From: Mobula hypostoma
Lineage: Eukaryota
Direction of reading: 5' to 3'
Assembly: GCF_963921235.1 (NCBI RefSeq)
Contig: NC_086097.1
Coordinates: 102,302,001 to 102,366,000, forward strand
Length of the DNA stretch: 64,000 bases
Positions 51,955-63,632 of this stretch are shown one piece after another (the stretch's first letter is position 1; each line of letters begins with the position of its first letter). A program made the translations under genes and the position numbers. Below the pieces are notes generated by a model, which worked only from the letters and a program-made list of their open reading frames with translations, did no database searches and was not told the origin of the DNA.

Positions 51955-52720
51955 GTCAGCTCCTCTCTCATGCCTCCGTAATTCCCTTTACTCTACTGTG
52001 ATACTGATACATCTGACTTTTGCTTCTCCCCCTCAAATTGCAGTATGAATTCATACGATCGCTGCCTCAAAAGGGTTCCTTTACATTAAGCTTCCTAATA
52101 AAATCTGGGTTTTTACAATCTAAAACAGCCTTTCTTTTTTAGCTGCTCTAAAAAGCCATCTTGCAGGCATTCATAAGTTTCCTCTCTTGTGATCCGACAC
52201 CAATCTGATTACCCAATCCACTTGCATATTTGTCCCCCATTACAATTGTGTCATTACCCATATTACATATCTTTTTCAGATCCCCTTGCAATCTCAAACC
52301 CACACCTTTGCTACTATTTGGAGGCCTATATCTGATTCCCGTAAAGTTTTATTTTAACTTTTCAGTTTAACTCCACCCACAAAGATTCAACATTTTCTGG
52401 CCCTATGTCACCTTTCTAAAGATGTAATTCCATCTCTTACCAACAGAGCCACACCACTGCCTGTGCCTTCCTGCCTGTCCTTTCAATACAGAAGTATATC
52501 TTTTGTTGTTAAGCTCCCAACTATGGCCTTCTTTCAGCCACGTCTCAGTGATGCCCACACGTTATACTGACCAATCTCTAATTGCCCTAAGAGTTCATCC
52601 ACCTTATTCCAAATGCTGCGTGCATTTAAATACAGCACCTTCAGTCCTGCATTCTTTTCCCTTCTGAATTTTGCCTCTGTGGTACAACTTAGCTCTGTCT
52701 GCATCTGTACCCAATAGCAC
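51955..52720 (-). mobile_element. CR1 endonuclease region (5' continuation of 42540-43950)
   Basis: GLKVLYLNARSIWNKVDEL; colinear with the + copy at 27880-28085. Confidence 0.75.
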
Positions 52721-53053
52721 AACCTGCGCTCATACATACAGTAGTTCCTTAAAAGAAGGCAGAGTGGTGAAGGTGGTAAATGCCTTCATCAGCCAAGGTA
52801 ATATTAGTTAGGCCGCACTTGGAGTAGTTAATGCAGTTCTGCTGTTCAAGTACAGCAGAACTGCACTAAGATGTGAGTAAGCAAACAAAAATGTTGCCTG
52901 GATTGGAGGGCTTGACCGATACTGAGAAATTAAATAAGTGCTTACTTTCTTCTTGTGAAGGTGCCAAGAGATATCATGATGGCAGTCTGAGAGGCTTAGA
53001 TAGGGTAAATGCCAGAGTCCGTTTCCTGCAGGTAAGGTGTCTAAAATATACAG

Positions 53054-53154
53054 GCAACACCCACACACAAAATGCTGGTGGAACGCAGCAGGCCAGACGG
53101 CATCCATAGTAAGAAGCACAGTCGACGTTTCGGGCCGAGACCCTTCGTCAGGAT
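53054..53154 (-). mobile_element. ~100-bp solo Penelope pLTR-end insertion carrying an intact hammerhead core
   Basis: TSD TAAAATAT(A/G)CAG at 53042-53053 and 53155-53166 inside an old CR1; hammerhead CTGACGA...GAAACGTC at 53120-53154. Confidence 0.8.
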
Positions 53155-54284
53155 TAAAATATGCAGCATGTCATTAAGGTGAAGGTTGGATTAAAGAGGA
53201 TTTAAGGGGTAAATCTTTCAAAGATAGTTTGTATCTGGAATGAACCACCACAGCAGATGCTGGAGGCAGGAACAATAACAACATTTAAAAATTATCTTTA
53301 CGGGTATATGAATGATCAAGGCACAGAGGGATCTGGAATTAATGCAGACAAATGGAATTAGTTATGGCTAAGCATAATAGTCGGCAACGACATGGTGGGC
53401 TGATGCATATTTGTATGCTGTCTGAGTTACCAATATTTCCCAAACAGTTAATCAGCTTCCTAGTATGAGGTAATATTTGAACCCAATATTCTGTGTTGCG
53501 ACAATAGCTAACCTTGCAAGTCAAATGACCCCTTTACACTATACAGTTCTACTTTGAAACCAAAGATAGGAAAAAAAGAATGGATTTTGGACACTGCTGT
53601 TTCACATAACTCCAATGTGTTTTCTGTTGTATTTTAAGATTATACACTGGGTCCTGTGCCTTCTGACTGCTGCATTGTAACAAATGGAGTTTGACCCTGA
53701 CACCTCATATATTACAAATTCTTCTTCTACTAGACATGTGCTTTGAGCTCTAAAGGAACAGAAAGTGCTGTGAACGCATTTGGAAGGACAGATAAAAAGG
53801 CTTAATGGTCTAGATTTTGCAAAGAAATTAAAGCTTCTGTTCTGCAAATTCCAGGAAGTTTGGTTAACTGTGCATGAGTTTCAGAATTATAGTTAGATTC
53901 ATGCAGCATGGAAATAGGTCTTTATCCCACCACTTCCACACCAACCATCAATCACCCATCTACACTAACACTTTTCCACACCATCAATTACCCATCTAAA
54001 CAATCAATCACCCATCAGCAGTAACACTTTTTGCTGTTGATGTGTCAAGCCAAACAGCAGTTACGGATACCCAGCTGTGGCTGTGAAAACTCCTCATGGC
54101 TTACAGTTTCATCACTTCTAAATGCTTTTCCTACACCTTACCACTGCTTTTTGCTTCTTCATGCCCGGCTCCTTTTGTAAAACAACACATTCAACATGCT
54201 GCTGAAACTCAGACCCTGACTTGAAACAGTGACTGTTTATTCCCCTCCATAAATGCTCTCTGACTCGTTGAGTTCCTCCCACTT

Positions 54285-55570
54285 CAAAACATCCACCATT
54301 GTCCCTGTAGTGAAAACTGAACCACTGGTGTCCTATCGCACTCACCTCAAAAACAAGCAAGTGCTTTGAGTGGCTGATCAAGGACTACATCTGCAGCATG
54401 CTGCCACCCACACTGGATTCCCTACAATTTGCCTACTGACACCAACGATTGACAGACGATGCAATAGCTACAGCTCTACACACCATCCTTACACATCCAG
54501 AGAAGAGGGATGCTTATGTGAGAATGCTGTTCCTGGACTACAGTTCAGCATTCAACACCATAATTCCATCCAAGCTCGACAGGAAGCTCAGAGACCTCGG
54601 CCTTCACCCTGCCTTGTATAACTGGTAAGAGTGGGCTCCCTCACCTCTGCCCTGCTGACCCTCAACACAGGTGCCCCTCAGGGCTGTGTACTAAGCCCCC
54701 TCCTTTAGTCTCTATATACCCAGGACTGTGTGCCACCCACAGCTCCAATCTGCTAATTAAATTTGCTGACGACAATACACTGCTTGGCCTAATCTCAAAT
54801 AATAATGAGTCAGCCTACAGAGAGGAAATCATCACCCTGACACAGTGGTGTCAAGAAAACAGCCTCTCCCTCAATGTCACAAAAACAAAGGAGCTGGTTG
54901 TGGACTACAGGAGGACTAGAGACAGGCTAACCCCTATAAACATCAATGGATCTGGAGTTGAGAGGGTGAACAGCTTTAAGTTCCAAAACATCACCGAGGA
55001 TCTCACGTGGTCTGTACATACCAGCTGGGTGGTGAAAAAGGCCTCTTTCACCTCAGACAGTTGAAGAAGTTTGATACGGGCCCCCAAATTCTAAGAACTT
55101 TCTACAGGGCACAATTGAGAGCATCCTGACTGGCTGCATCACTGCCTGGTATGGGGACTGTACATCCCTTAATCGTAGGATTCTGCAGAGAGTGACGTGG
55201 AGAGCCTAGCGCATCTGTAGATGTGAACTTCCCACTATCCAGGATGTTTACAAAGACAGGTGTGTAAAAAGGGCCCAAAGGATCATTGAGGACCTGAATC
55301 ACTCCCAACCACAAACTGTTCCAGCTGCTACCATCTGGGAAACGGTACTGTAGCATAAAAACCAGGACCAACAGATGCCAAGACAACTTCTTCCACCAGG
55401 CCATCAGACTGATTAACTCTTGCTGACACAACTGTATGTTTATGTTATATTGACTATCCTGTTGTACATAATATTTATAATTCACTATAATTGCACATTT
55501 GAACAGAGACGTAAAGATTTTAACTCCTCATGTATATGAAAGGTGTAAGTAATAAAGTCAATTCAATTCA

Positions 55571-55571
<1 letters not shown>
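54285..55571 (+). mobile_element. Rex1/Babar-like LINE
   Basis: [47 protein letters not shown]; tail AATAAAGTCAATTCAATTCAA. Confidence 0.85.

Positions 55572-55572
<1 letters not shown>

Positions 55573-55606
<34 letters not shown>
55573..55606. repeat. (GT)17 microsatellite
   Basis: Perfect GT run. Confidence 0.95.
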
Positions 55607-55607
<1 letters not shown>

Positions 55608-55639
55608 GCTCAAAATTTCCAACCTGCAAAATTTCTTGT

Positions 55640-56365
55640 TTAGAAACATAAAAAACCTACAGCACAATACAGGTCCTTCGGCCCACAAAGCTGTGCCAAA
55701 CATGTCCTTACCTTAGAACTACCTAGGCTTACCCATAGCCCTCTATTTTTCTAAGCTCCATGTACCCATCCAGGAGTTTCTTAAAAGACCCTATCGTTTC
55801 CACCTCCACCACTGCCACCGGCAGCCCATTCCATGCACTCACCACTCTCTACATAAAAAAACGTAACCCTGACATCTCCTCTGTACCTACTTCCACGCAC
55901 CTTAAAAGTACGCGCTGTCGTGCTAGCCATTTCAGCCCTGAGAAAAAAGCCTCTGACTATCCACATGATCAATGCCTCTCATTAGCTTGTACATCTCTGT
56001 CAGGTCACATCTCATACTCCGTCGCTCCAAGGAGAAAAAGCCGAGTTCACTCAACCTATTCTCATAAGACATGCTCGCCAATCCAGGCAACATCTTTGTA
56101 AATCTCTGCACCCTTCCTATGGTTTCCACATCCTTCCTGTAGTGAGGCAACCAGAATTGAGCACAGTGGTCCAAGTGGGATCTGACCAGCATCCTATATA
56201 TCTGCAACATTACCTCCCGGCTCTTAAACTCAATCCCACGGCTGATGAAGGTCAATGCACCGTATGCTTTGTCAACCTGCGTAGCAGCTTTGAGTGTCCT
56301 ATGGACTCAGACCCCAAGATCCCTCTGATCCTCCAAACTGCCAAGAGTCTTACCATTAATGCTGA
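55640..56365 (-). mobile_element. CR1 LINE 3' fragment
   Basis: FISRGIEFKSREVMLQ...HLDHCAQFW; 3' end near 55640. Confidence 0.85.
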
Positions 56366-56379
56366 ACTCCATTTGCCAC

Positions 56380-58690
56380 TTAAAATTTGCCAGTTAAAAT
56401 TGGCATGTAGCAAAGGTAATGCTACAGTTGTTATGAGGGATTTCAACATGCAGGTAGATTGGAAGAATCAGGTTGGTACTGGACCCCAAGAAAGGGAGTT
56501 TGTGGAGTGCCTCCGAGATGGATTCTTAGAACAGCTTGTACTGGAGCCTACCAGAGAGAAGGCAATTCTAGATTTAGTGTTGTGCAATGAACCAGATTTG
56601 ATCAGGGACCTCGAGGTAAAGGAGCCATTAGGAGGTAGTGACCATAATATGATAAGTTTTAATCTACAATTTGAGATGGAGAAGGGAAAATCAGAAGTGT
56701 CAGTATTATAGCTGAACAAAGGGAACTATGGAGCTATGAGGGAGTAGCTGGCTAAAGTTCAATGGAACAATACCCTAGCAGGGATGACAGTGGAACAACA
56801 ATGGCAGGTATTTCTGGGAATAATGCAGAAGGTGCAGGATCAGTTAATTCCAAAGAGGACGAAAGATCCTAAGGGGAGTAAAGGGAGGCCATGGCTGACA
56901 AGGGAAGTAAAGGGCAGTATAAAAATAAAAAAGTAGTATAACATAGCAAAGATGAATGGGAAGCCAGAGGATTGGGAAACTTTTAAAGAGTAACAAAAGA
57001 TAACTAAAAAGGCAATACGTGGAGAAAAAATGAGGTATGAAGGTAAACAAGCCAAGAATATAAAGGAGGATAGTAAAAGCTTCTTTAGGTATGTGAAAAG
57101 GAAAAAAATAGTTAAGACCAAAATTGGGCCCATGAAGACAGAAACAGGTGAATTTATTATGGGGAACAAGGAAGTGGCAGACGAGTTGAACAGGTACTTT
57201 GGATCTGTCTTCACTAGAGAAGACACAATCTCCCAGGTACAATAGTGGCCAAAGGACCTAGGGTAATGGATGAACTGAAGGAAATTTATATTAGGCCGGA
57301 AATGGTGTTGGATAGACTGTTGGGTCTGAAGGCTGATAAGTCCCCGGGACCTGATGGTCTGCATCCCAGGGTACATAAGGAGGTGGCTTTAGAAATCGTG
57401 GACGCATTGGTAATCATTTTCCAATGTTCTATAGATTCAGGATCAGTTCCTGTGGACTGGAGGGTGGCTAATGTTGTCCCACTTTTCAAAAAAGGGAGAG
57501 AGAAAACAGGGAATTATAGACCGGTTAGCCTGACGTCAGTGGTGGGGAAAGATGCTGGAGTCAATTATAAAAGATGAAATTACGACATATTTGGATAGCA
57601 GTAACAGGATAGGTCCGAGTCAGAATGGATTTACGAAGGGGAAATCATGCTTGACTAATCTTCTAGAATTTTTTGAGGATGTAACTATGAAAATGGACAA
57701 GGGAGAGCTAGTGGATGTAGTGTACCCGGACTTTCAGAAAGCCTTTAATAAAGTTCCACATAGGAGATTAGTAGGCAAAATTAGGGCACATGGTATTGGG
57801 GGCAGAGTACTGACATGGATTGAAAATTGGCTGGCAGACAGGAAACAAAGAGTAGCGATTAATGGGTCCCTTTCGGAATGGCAGGCGGTGACCGGTGGGG
57901 TACTGCAGGGTTCAGTTCTGGGACTGCAGCTGTTTACAATATACATTAATGATTTAGATGAATGGATTAAAAGTAACATTAGCAAATTTGCAGATGACAC
58001 AAAGCTGGGTGGCAGTGTGAAACGTGAGGAGGATGTTATGAGAATGCAAGGTGACTTGGACAAGCTGGGTGAGTGGGCGGATGCATGGCAGATGCAGTTT
58101 AATGTGGATAAATATGAGGTTATCCACTTTGGTGGTAAGAACAGGAAGGCAGATTATTATCTAAATGGAGTCAAGTTAGGAAAAGGGGAAGAACAACGAG
58201 ATCGAGGTGTTCTTGTACATCAGTCATTGAAAGCAAGCATGCAAGTACAGCAGGCAGTGAAGAAAGCTAATGGCATGCTGGCCTTCATAACAAGGGGAGT
58301 TGAGTATAGGAGCAAAGAGGTCCTTCTGCAGCTGTACAGGGCCCTTGTAAGACCACACCTGGAGTATTGTGTGCAGTTTTGGTCCCCAAATTTGAGGAAG
58401 GATGTTCTTGCTATTGAGGGAGTGCAGCATAGGTTCACAAGGTTAATTCCCGGGATGGCAGGACTGTCATATGTTGAAAGATTGGAGTGACTGGGCTTGT
58501 ATCCACTGGAATTTAGAAGGATGAGAGGGGATTTGATTGAAACATATAAGATTATCAAGGGATTGGACACGCTGGAGGCAGGAAGCATGTTCCTGCTGAT
58601 GGGTGAGTCCAGAACCAGAGGCCAGAGTTTAAGAATAAGGGGTAGGCCATTTAGAACAGAGTTGAGGAAAAACTTTTTCACCCAGAGAAC
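56380..58690 (+). mobile_element. CR1 LINE ORF2 (EN-RT), decayed, 3' end missing
   Basis: DFN, LGGSDHNMI, NYRPVSLTS, KFADDTKLGG, RPHLEYCVQFW; ends abruptly at NFFTQR. Confidence 0.92.
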
Positions 58691-60790
58691 GTACCTATGC
58701 AGAACTCCATACAAATATCCCCTGAACATTTGCTACATTTCTTCCATACCTTTCCCTGAGAACATCTGTTTCCCATTTAAGCTTCCAAGTTCCTGCCCGA
58801 TAGCCTCATAATTCCCCTTACTCCAATTAAATGCTTTTCTAACTTGTCTGTTCCCATCTCTCTCCAATGCTATTGTAGAGGAGATAGAATTATGATCACT
58901 ATCTCCAAAATGCTCTCCCTCTGAGAGATCTGACACCTGAGCAGGTTCATTTGCCAATACCAAATCAAGTACAGCCTCTCCTCTTGGAGGCTTATCTACA
59001 TATTGTGTCAAGAAACCTTCCTGAACACACCTAACAAACCCCACCCCATCTAAACCCCTTGCTCTAGGGAGATGCTAATCAATATTTGGGAAATCAAAAT
59101 CTCCCACAACTCTGTCATCATTACACCTTTCCAGGATCTGTTTCCCTATCTGCTCCTTGATATCCCTGTTACTATTGGGTGGCCTATATATAAAAAAAAA
59201 CACCCAGTAGAGTTATTGACCCCTTCCTATTCCTACCTTCCACCCACTGAGACTCCGTAGACAACCCCTCCATGACTTCCTCCTTTTCTGCAACCGTGAC
59301 ACTATCTCTGATCAGCAGTGCCACGCCCAACCTCTTTTGCCTCCCTCCCTGTCCTTTCTAAAACATCTAAAGCCTGGCACTTGAAGTAGCCATTTCTGTC
59401 CCTGCGCCATCCAAGTCTGTAATGGCCACAACATCATAGCTCCAAGTACTGATCCACGCTGTAAGGTCATCCACTTTGTTCATAATACTCCTTGCGTTAA
59501 AACAGTCACATCTCAAACCATCGGTCTGAGCGTGTCCCTTCTCTATCACCTGCCTATCCTCCCTCTCGCACTGCCTCCAAGCTTTACTCTATTTGTGAAC
59601 CAACTGCCCTTCCTCCATCACTTCAGTTCGGTTCCCACCCTCCAGCAATTCTAGTTTAAACTCTCCCCAACAGCCTTAGCAAACATCCCCGCCAGGATAT
59701 TGGTACCCCTCAGGTTCAAGGGCAACCTGTCCTTTTTGTACAGGTCACACCTGCCCCAAAAGAGGTCCCAATGATCCAGGAATCTGAATCCCTGCCCCCT
59801 GCTCCAATCCCTCAGCCACACATTCATCCTCCACCTGATTCTATTCCTATACTCACAGTTGCGTGGCACAGGCAGTAATCCCGAGATTACTATCTTTGTG
59901 GTCCTACTTCTCAACTTCCTTCCTAACTCCCTGCAGTCTGTTTTCAGGACCTCCTCCCTTTTCCTACCATGTCGTTGGTACCAATATGTACCATGACCTC
60001 TGGCAGTTCTTCTTCCCACTTCAGGATATCATGGATGCGATCAGAAACATCCCAGACCCTGGCACCTGGGAGGCAAACTACCATCAGCGTTTCTGTCCTG
60101 CATCCACAGAGTCGCCTGTCTGACCCCCTAACTATAGAGTCCCCTATCACTGCTGCCATCCTCTTCCTTTCCCTACCCTTCTGAGCCACAGGGCCACACT
60201 TCGTGCCAGAAGCGCGACCACTGTTGTTTCCCCCAGGTAGATCAACCCCCGCAACAGCACTCAAACAGGACTACTTACTGTTAAGGGGGACAGCTGCTGG
60301 GGTACTCTCTAGCATCCGCCTCCTGCCCTTCCCTCTCCTGACTGTTACCCACTTCTCTGTCTCCTGTGGCCCTGGAGTGACTACCTGCCTATAGCTCCTC
60401 TCTATCACCTCCTCACTTACCCTGACCAGATGAAGGTCATTAAGCTGCATCTCTAGTTCCCTAATGCAGTCCCTAAGGAGCTGCAGCTTGATGCACCTGG
60501 TGCAGATGTGGCTGTCCAGGAGGCTAGCAGTCTCCCAGACCTCCCATATCTGACACCCATCACAGAAAACTGGCCTCACACACATACTTTCTGTCTGTAT
60601 TCCACACAAGAAACCTACCTCGCCTCAACCCTTTATTGCCGAAGCCCCATTGAGCCAAAGCCTTCCTACTCTGACTCCCTCTACTCTGACACCCACTGTA
60701 TAAGGCTGCCCTCTTTTTAAACTCTTGTTGTTCTCACTGGCTGACCTCCACGTGCTTGCGTAGTCATGCCCCGTTCAAATCGCTGAAGAA
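58691..60790 (-). mobile_element. CR1 LINE 5' portion: 5'UTR, ORF1 (Zn finger, coiled coil, SGNH esterase), EN start
   Basis: CDGC...HICTRC plus heptad repeat (60271-60609); VIGDSIVRG...CLPGA...VHIGTND (59944-60264); FNARSIMNKVDDL; FGDSDHNSI. Confidence 0.9.
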
Positions 60791-61844
60791 ATAACCATTT
60801 ATTGCTTCCTAAAATTGTAACTAAAGACATTTCTTAAGAAAGACTAACTGACCAAGTGAAATTAAAATTATTAGTTTCAATGTGGTTCTTGGACCTGAAA
60901 TGTTAACAGTCTCTCTTTCTGTGGGAGGTTTGATGCTTGGCTAAATAGTGTTCTGTAAACAGTTTGTTTTTTTAATTAAACATTATAATAATTCCTTACC
61001 TAAATTTCAGGATGAGTTTGAAACACACTGTGGCTGAGGCAACCAAAGCAGCAACATTGCAGACAAGTGAAATTTACTTTTTATTAACAATCATTTTGGG
61101 CACAAAAGGTTGGGCACATTCAATTTTTGAACAAAATGCAGATCAAAGTAGTGTTGTAGCTCCTGTTGAGGACCAGATGTTCTCTTTCAGCCGGTTTGTC
61201 TCAGAGAGTTGGCGGACTGGGAAATGCTCTGGAAGCATATCCCACCGGTGGAGCAGGCCACATCTGTGCAACCTCAAATCAAAACAAAAAATGCTGAACA
61301 CTCAGCAGATCAGGGTACTTTTGTAAGAAGAGAAACAAAGATAATCAGAATTGGGAAGGAGAGAAAAGGAAGTTGTTAAGCTGCAGGAACAGTGGGAACA
61401 GGGAACAGGGAATGATTCTGATAGAGTAAAATGGGTGTTGACCATGGGATAAGCTTTAAACAAAGTTACCTGTTGATTGGGTGAATGGGAGCAGTCAGCT
61501 AGTGAGAACATCAAAAAATACAATCAAACTGTGTGTCCTCTACTCCCACTGAATATATTATGGCGTTCTTTTTTTTCTTTAAGAAAACAATTTCACAGGT
61601 AGATGTCTGACAAAGACAGAAACCAGAGTCTGAAATTCCACTTTTCACAATTCAGAGCCACACAGGTTATGTTCACACTATTTAATATTTTTCGACACAC
61701 TGTTCACATATTCAGATCTGCACACAATGCCACGTGTCAGCACACACGTGCTCTGCACTTTCTTGGGTTGTGATCAGTATGTACACGGAACAATTTCAGC
61801 CCTAACCAAATTCCACTCTATCAGTTCTGCTTTCTTTACAAATG

Positions 61845-62142
61845 CAGAACTCTACTAGAGTTCACTAGAATACAAGAGGGGTGACCTTATTTAAACCTAT
61901 CAAATGGTGAAAGGCCTACGGAGTGGATGTGGAGAGGATATTTCCTATGGTGGGAGAGTCCAAGACCAGAGAACACAGCCTCGGAATAGCACAGATGAGG
62001 AAGAATTTCTTTAGCCAGAGAGTGGTGGATCTGTGGAATTCTTTGTCGCAGGCAGCTGTGGGGGCCAAGTCTGTATGTATATTTAAGGCAGTTTGATAGA
62101 TTCTTGATTGGTCAGGGCATGAAGGGATACAGGGAGAAGGTC
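61845..62142 (+). mobile_element. CR1 3' fragment
   Basis: LYSLEF..RGDL..TY, VGESKTR, RKNFFSQRVV. Confidence 0.8.
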
Positions 62143-62218
62143 TAACTCTATATTATTACTTCTGCTGCCAAATTTCACCCAGTCAGTATCTGATTCTTCC
62201 TGTCCTTTTCTGCATCTA

Positions 62219-63632
62219 CAGTTGAAGTCAGAAGTTTACATACACTTAGGTTGAAACTCATTGTTTAACCACACCACAGATTTCATATTAGCAAACTATA
62301 GTTTTGGCAAGATGTTGAGGACATCTACTTTGTGTATGACATGAGTAATTTTTCCAACAATTGTTTACAGACAGATTATTTCAGTTTTAATTGACTATAC
62401 CACAATTCCAGTGGGTCAGAAGTTTACAAACAAAATCAAAAGAAATCAGCCAAGACTTCAGAAAAAAAATTGTGGACCTCCACAAGTCTGGTTCATCCTT
62501 GGGAGCAATTTCCAAACGCCTGAAGGTACCACGTTCATCTGTACAAACAATAGTACGCAAGTATACATACCATGGGACCACGCAGTCGTCATACTGCTCA
62601 GGAAGGAGGTGCATTTTGTCTCCTAGAGATGAACGTACTTTGGCGTGAAAAGTGCAAATCAATCCCAGAACAACAGCAAAGGACCTTGTGAAGATGCTGG
62701 AGGAAACAGGTGGACAAGTATCTATATACACAGTAAAACGAGTCCTATATCGAAATAAACTGAAAGGCTGCTCAGCAAGGAAGAAGCCACTGCTCCAAAA
62801 GTGCCATGAAAAAGCCAGACTACAGTTTGCAAGTGCACATGGGGACAAAGATCTTACTTTTTGGAGAAATGTCCTCTGGTCTGATGAAACAAAAATTGAA
62901 CTGTTTGGCCATAATGGCTATCGTTACGTTTGGAGGAAAAAGGGTGAGGCTTGCAAGCCGAAGAACACCATCCCATCCGTGAAGCGTGGGGGTGGCAGCA
63001 TCATGTTGTGGGGGTGCTTTGCTGCAGGTGGGACTGGTGCACTTCACAAAATAGATGGCATCCTGAGGAAGGAAAATTATGTGGATATATTGAAGCAACA
63101 TCTAAAGACATCAGCCAGGAAGTTAAAGCTCGGTTGCAAATGGGTCTTTCAAATGGACAATGACCCCAAGCATACCTCCAAAGTTGTGGCAAAATTGCTT
63201 AAGCACAACAAAGTCAAGGTATTGGAGTGGCCATCACAAAACCCTGACCTCAATCTGATAGAAAATTTGTGGACAGAACTGAAAAAGCGTGTGTGAGCAA
63301 GGAGGCCTACAAACCTGACTCAGTTACACCAGTTCTTGTGAGAAGCTTGTGGAAGGCTACCCAAAGCATTTGACCCAAGTTAAATAATTTAAAGGCAATG
63401 CTACCAAAGTGTATGTAAACTTCTAACCCACTGGGAATGTGATGAAAGAAATAAAAGCTGAAATAAATCATTCCCTCTACTATTATTCTCACATTTCATA
63501 TTCTTAAAATAAAATAGTGATCCTAACTGACCTAAGACAGGGAACTTTTTCTAGGATTAAATGTCAGGCATTGTGAAAAACTGAGTTTAAATATATTTGG
63601 CCAAGGTGTATGTAAACTTCTGACTTCAATTG
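62219..63632 (+). mobile_element. Tc1/mariner DD34E DNA transposon, Sleeping Beauty-like IR/DR family, defective
   Basis: TA TSDs (62217-62218, 63633-63634). Terminal CAGTTGAAGTCAGAAGTTTACATACAC with an inverted copy at the right end; inner DRs at ~62407-62428 and ~63409-63436. Confidence 0.95.
62432..63408 (+). pseudogene. Tc1 transposase pseudogene
   Basis: KSKEISQD.RKKIVDLHKSG HTH region, WSDE / MDND / IEN catalytic DD34E, WPSQNPDLN. Start codon deleted, TGA stops at 62646-62648 and 63294-63296, small C-terminal deletion. Confidence 0.92.

Noticed and set aside
53930..54030. Short repeated CAATCACCCATC units resembling an array
   Set aside because: Irregular degenerate tandem repeat without unique equal-length spacers; not CRISPR, and no cas genes in this eukaryotic context.
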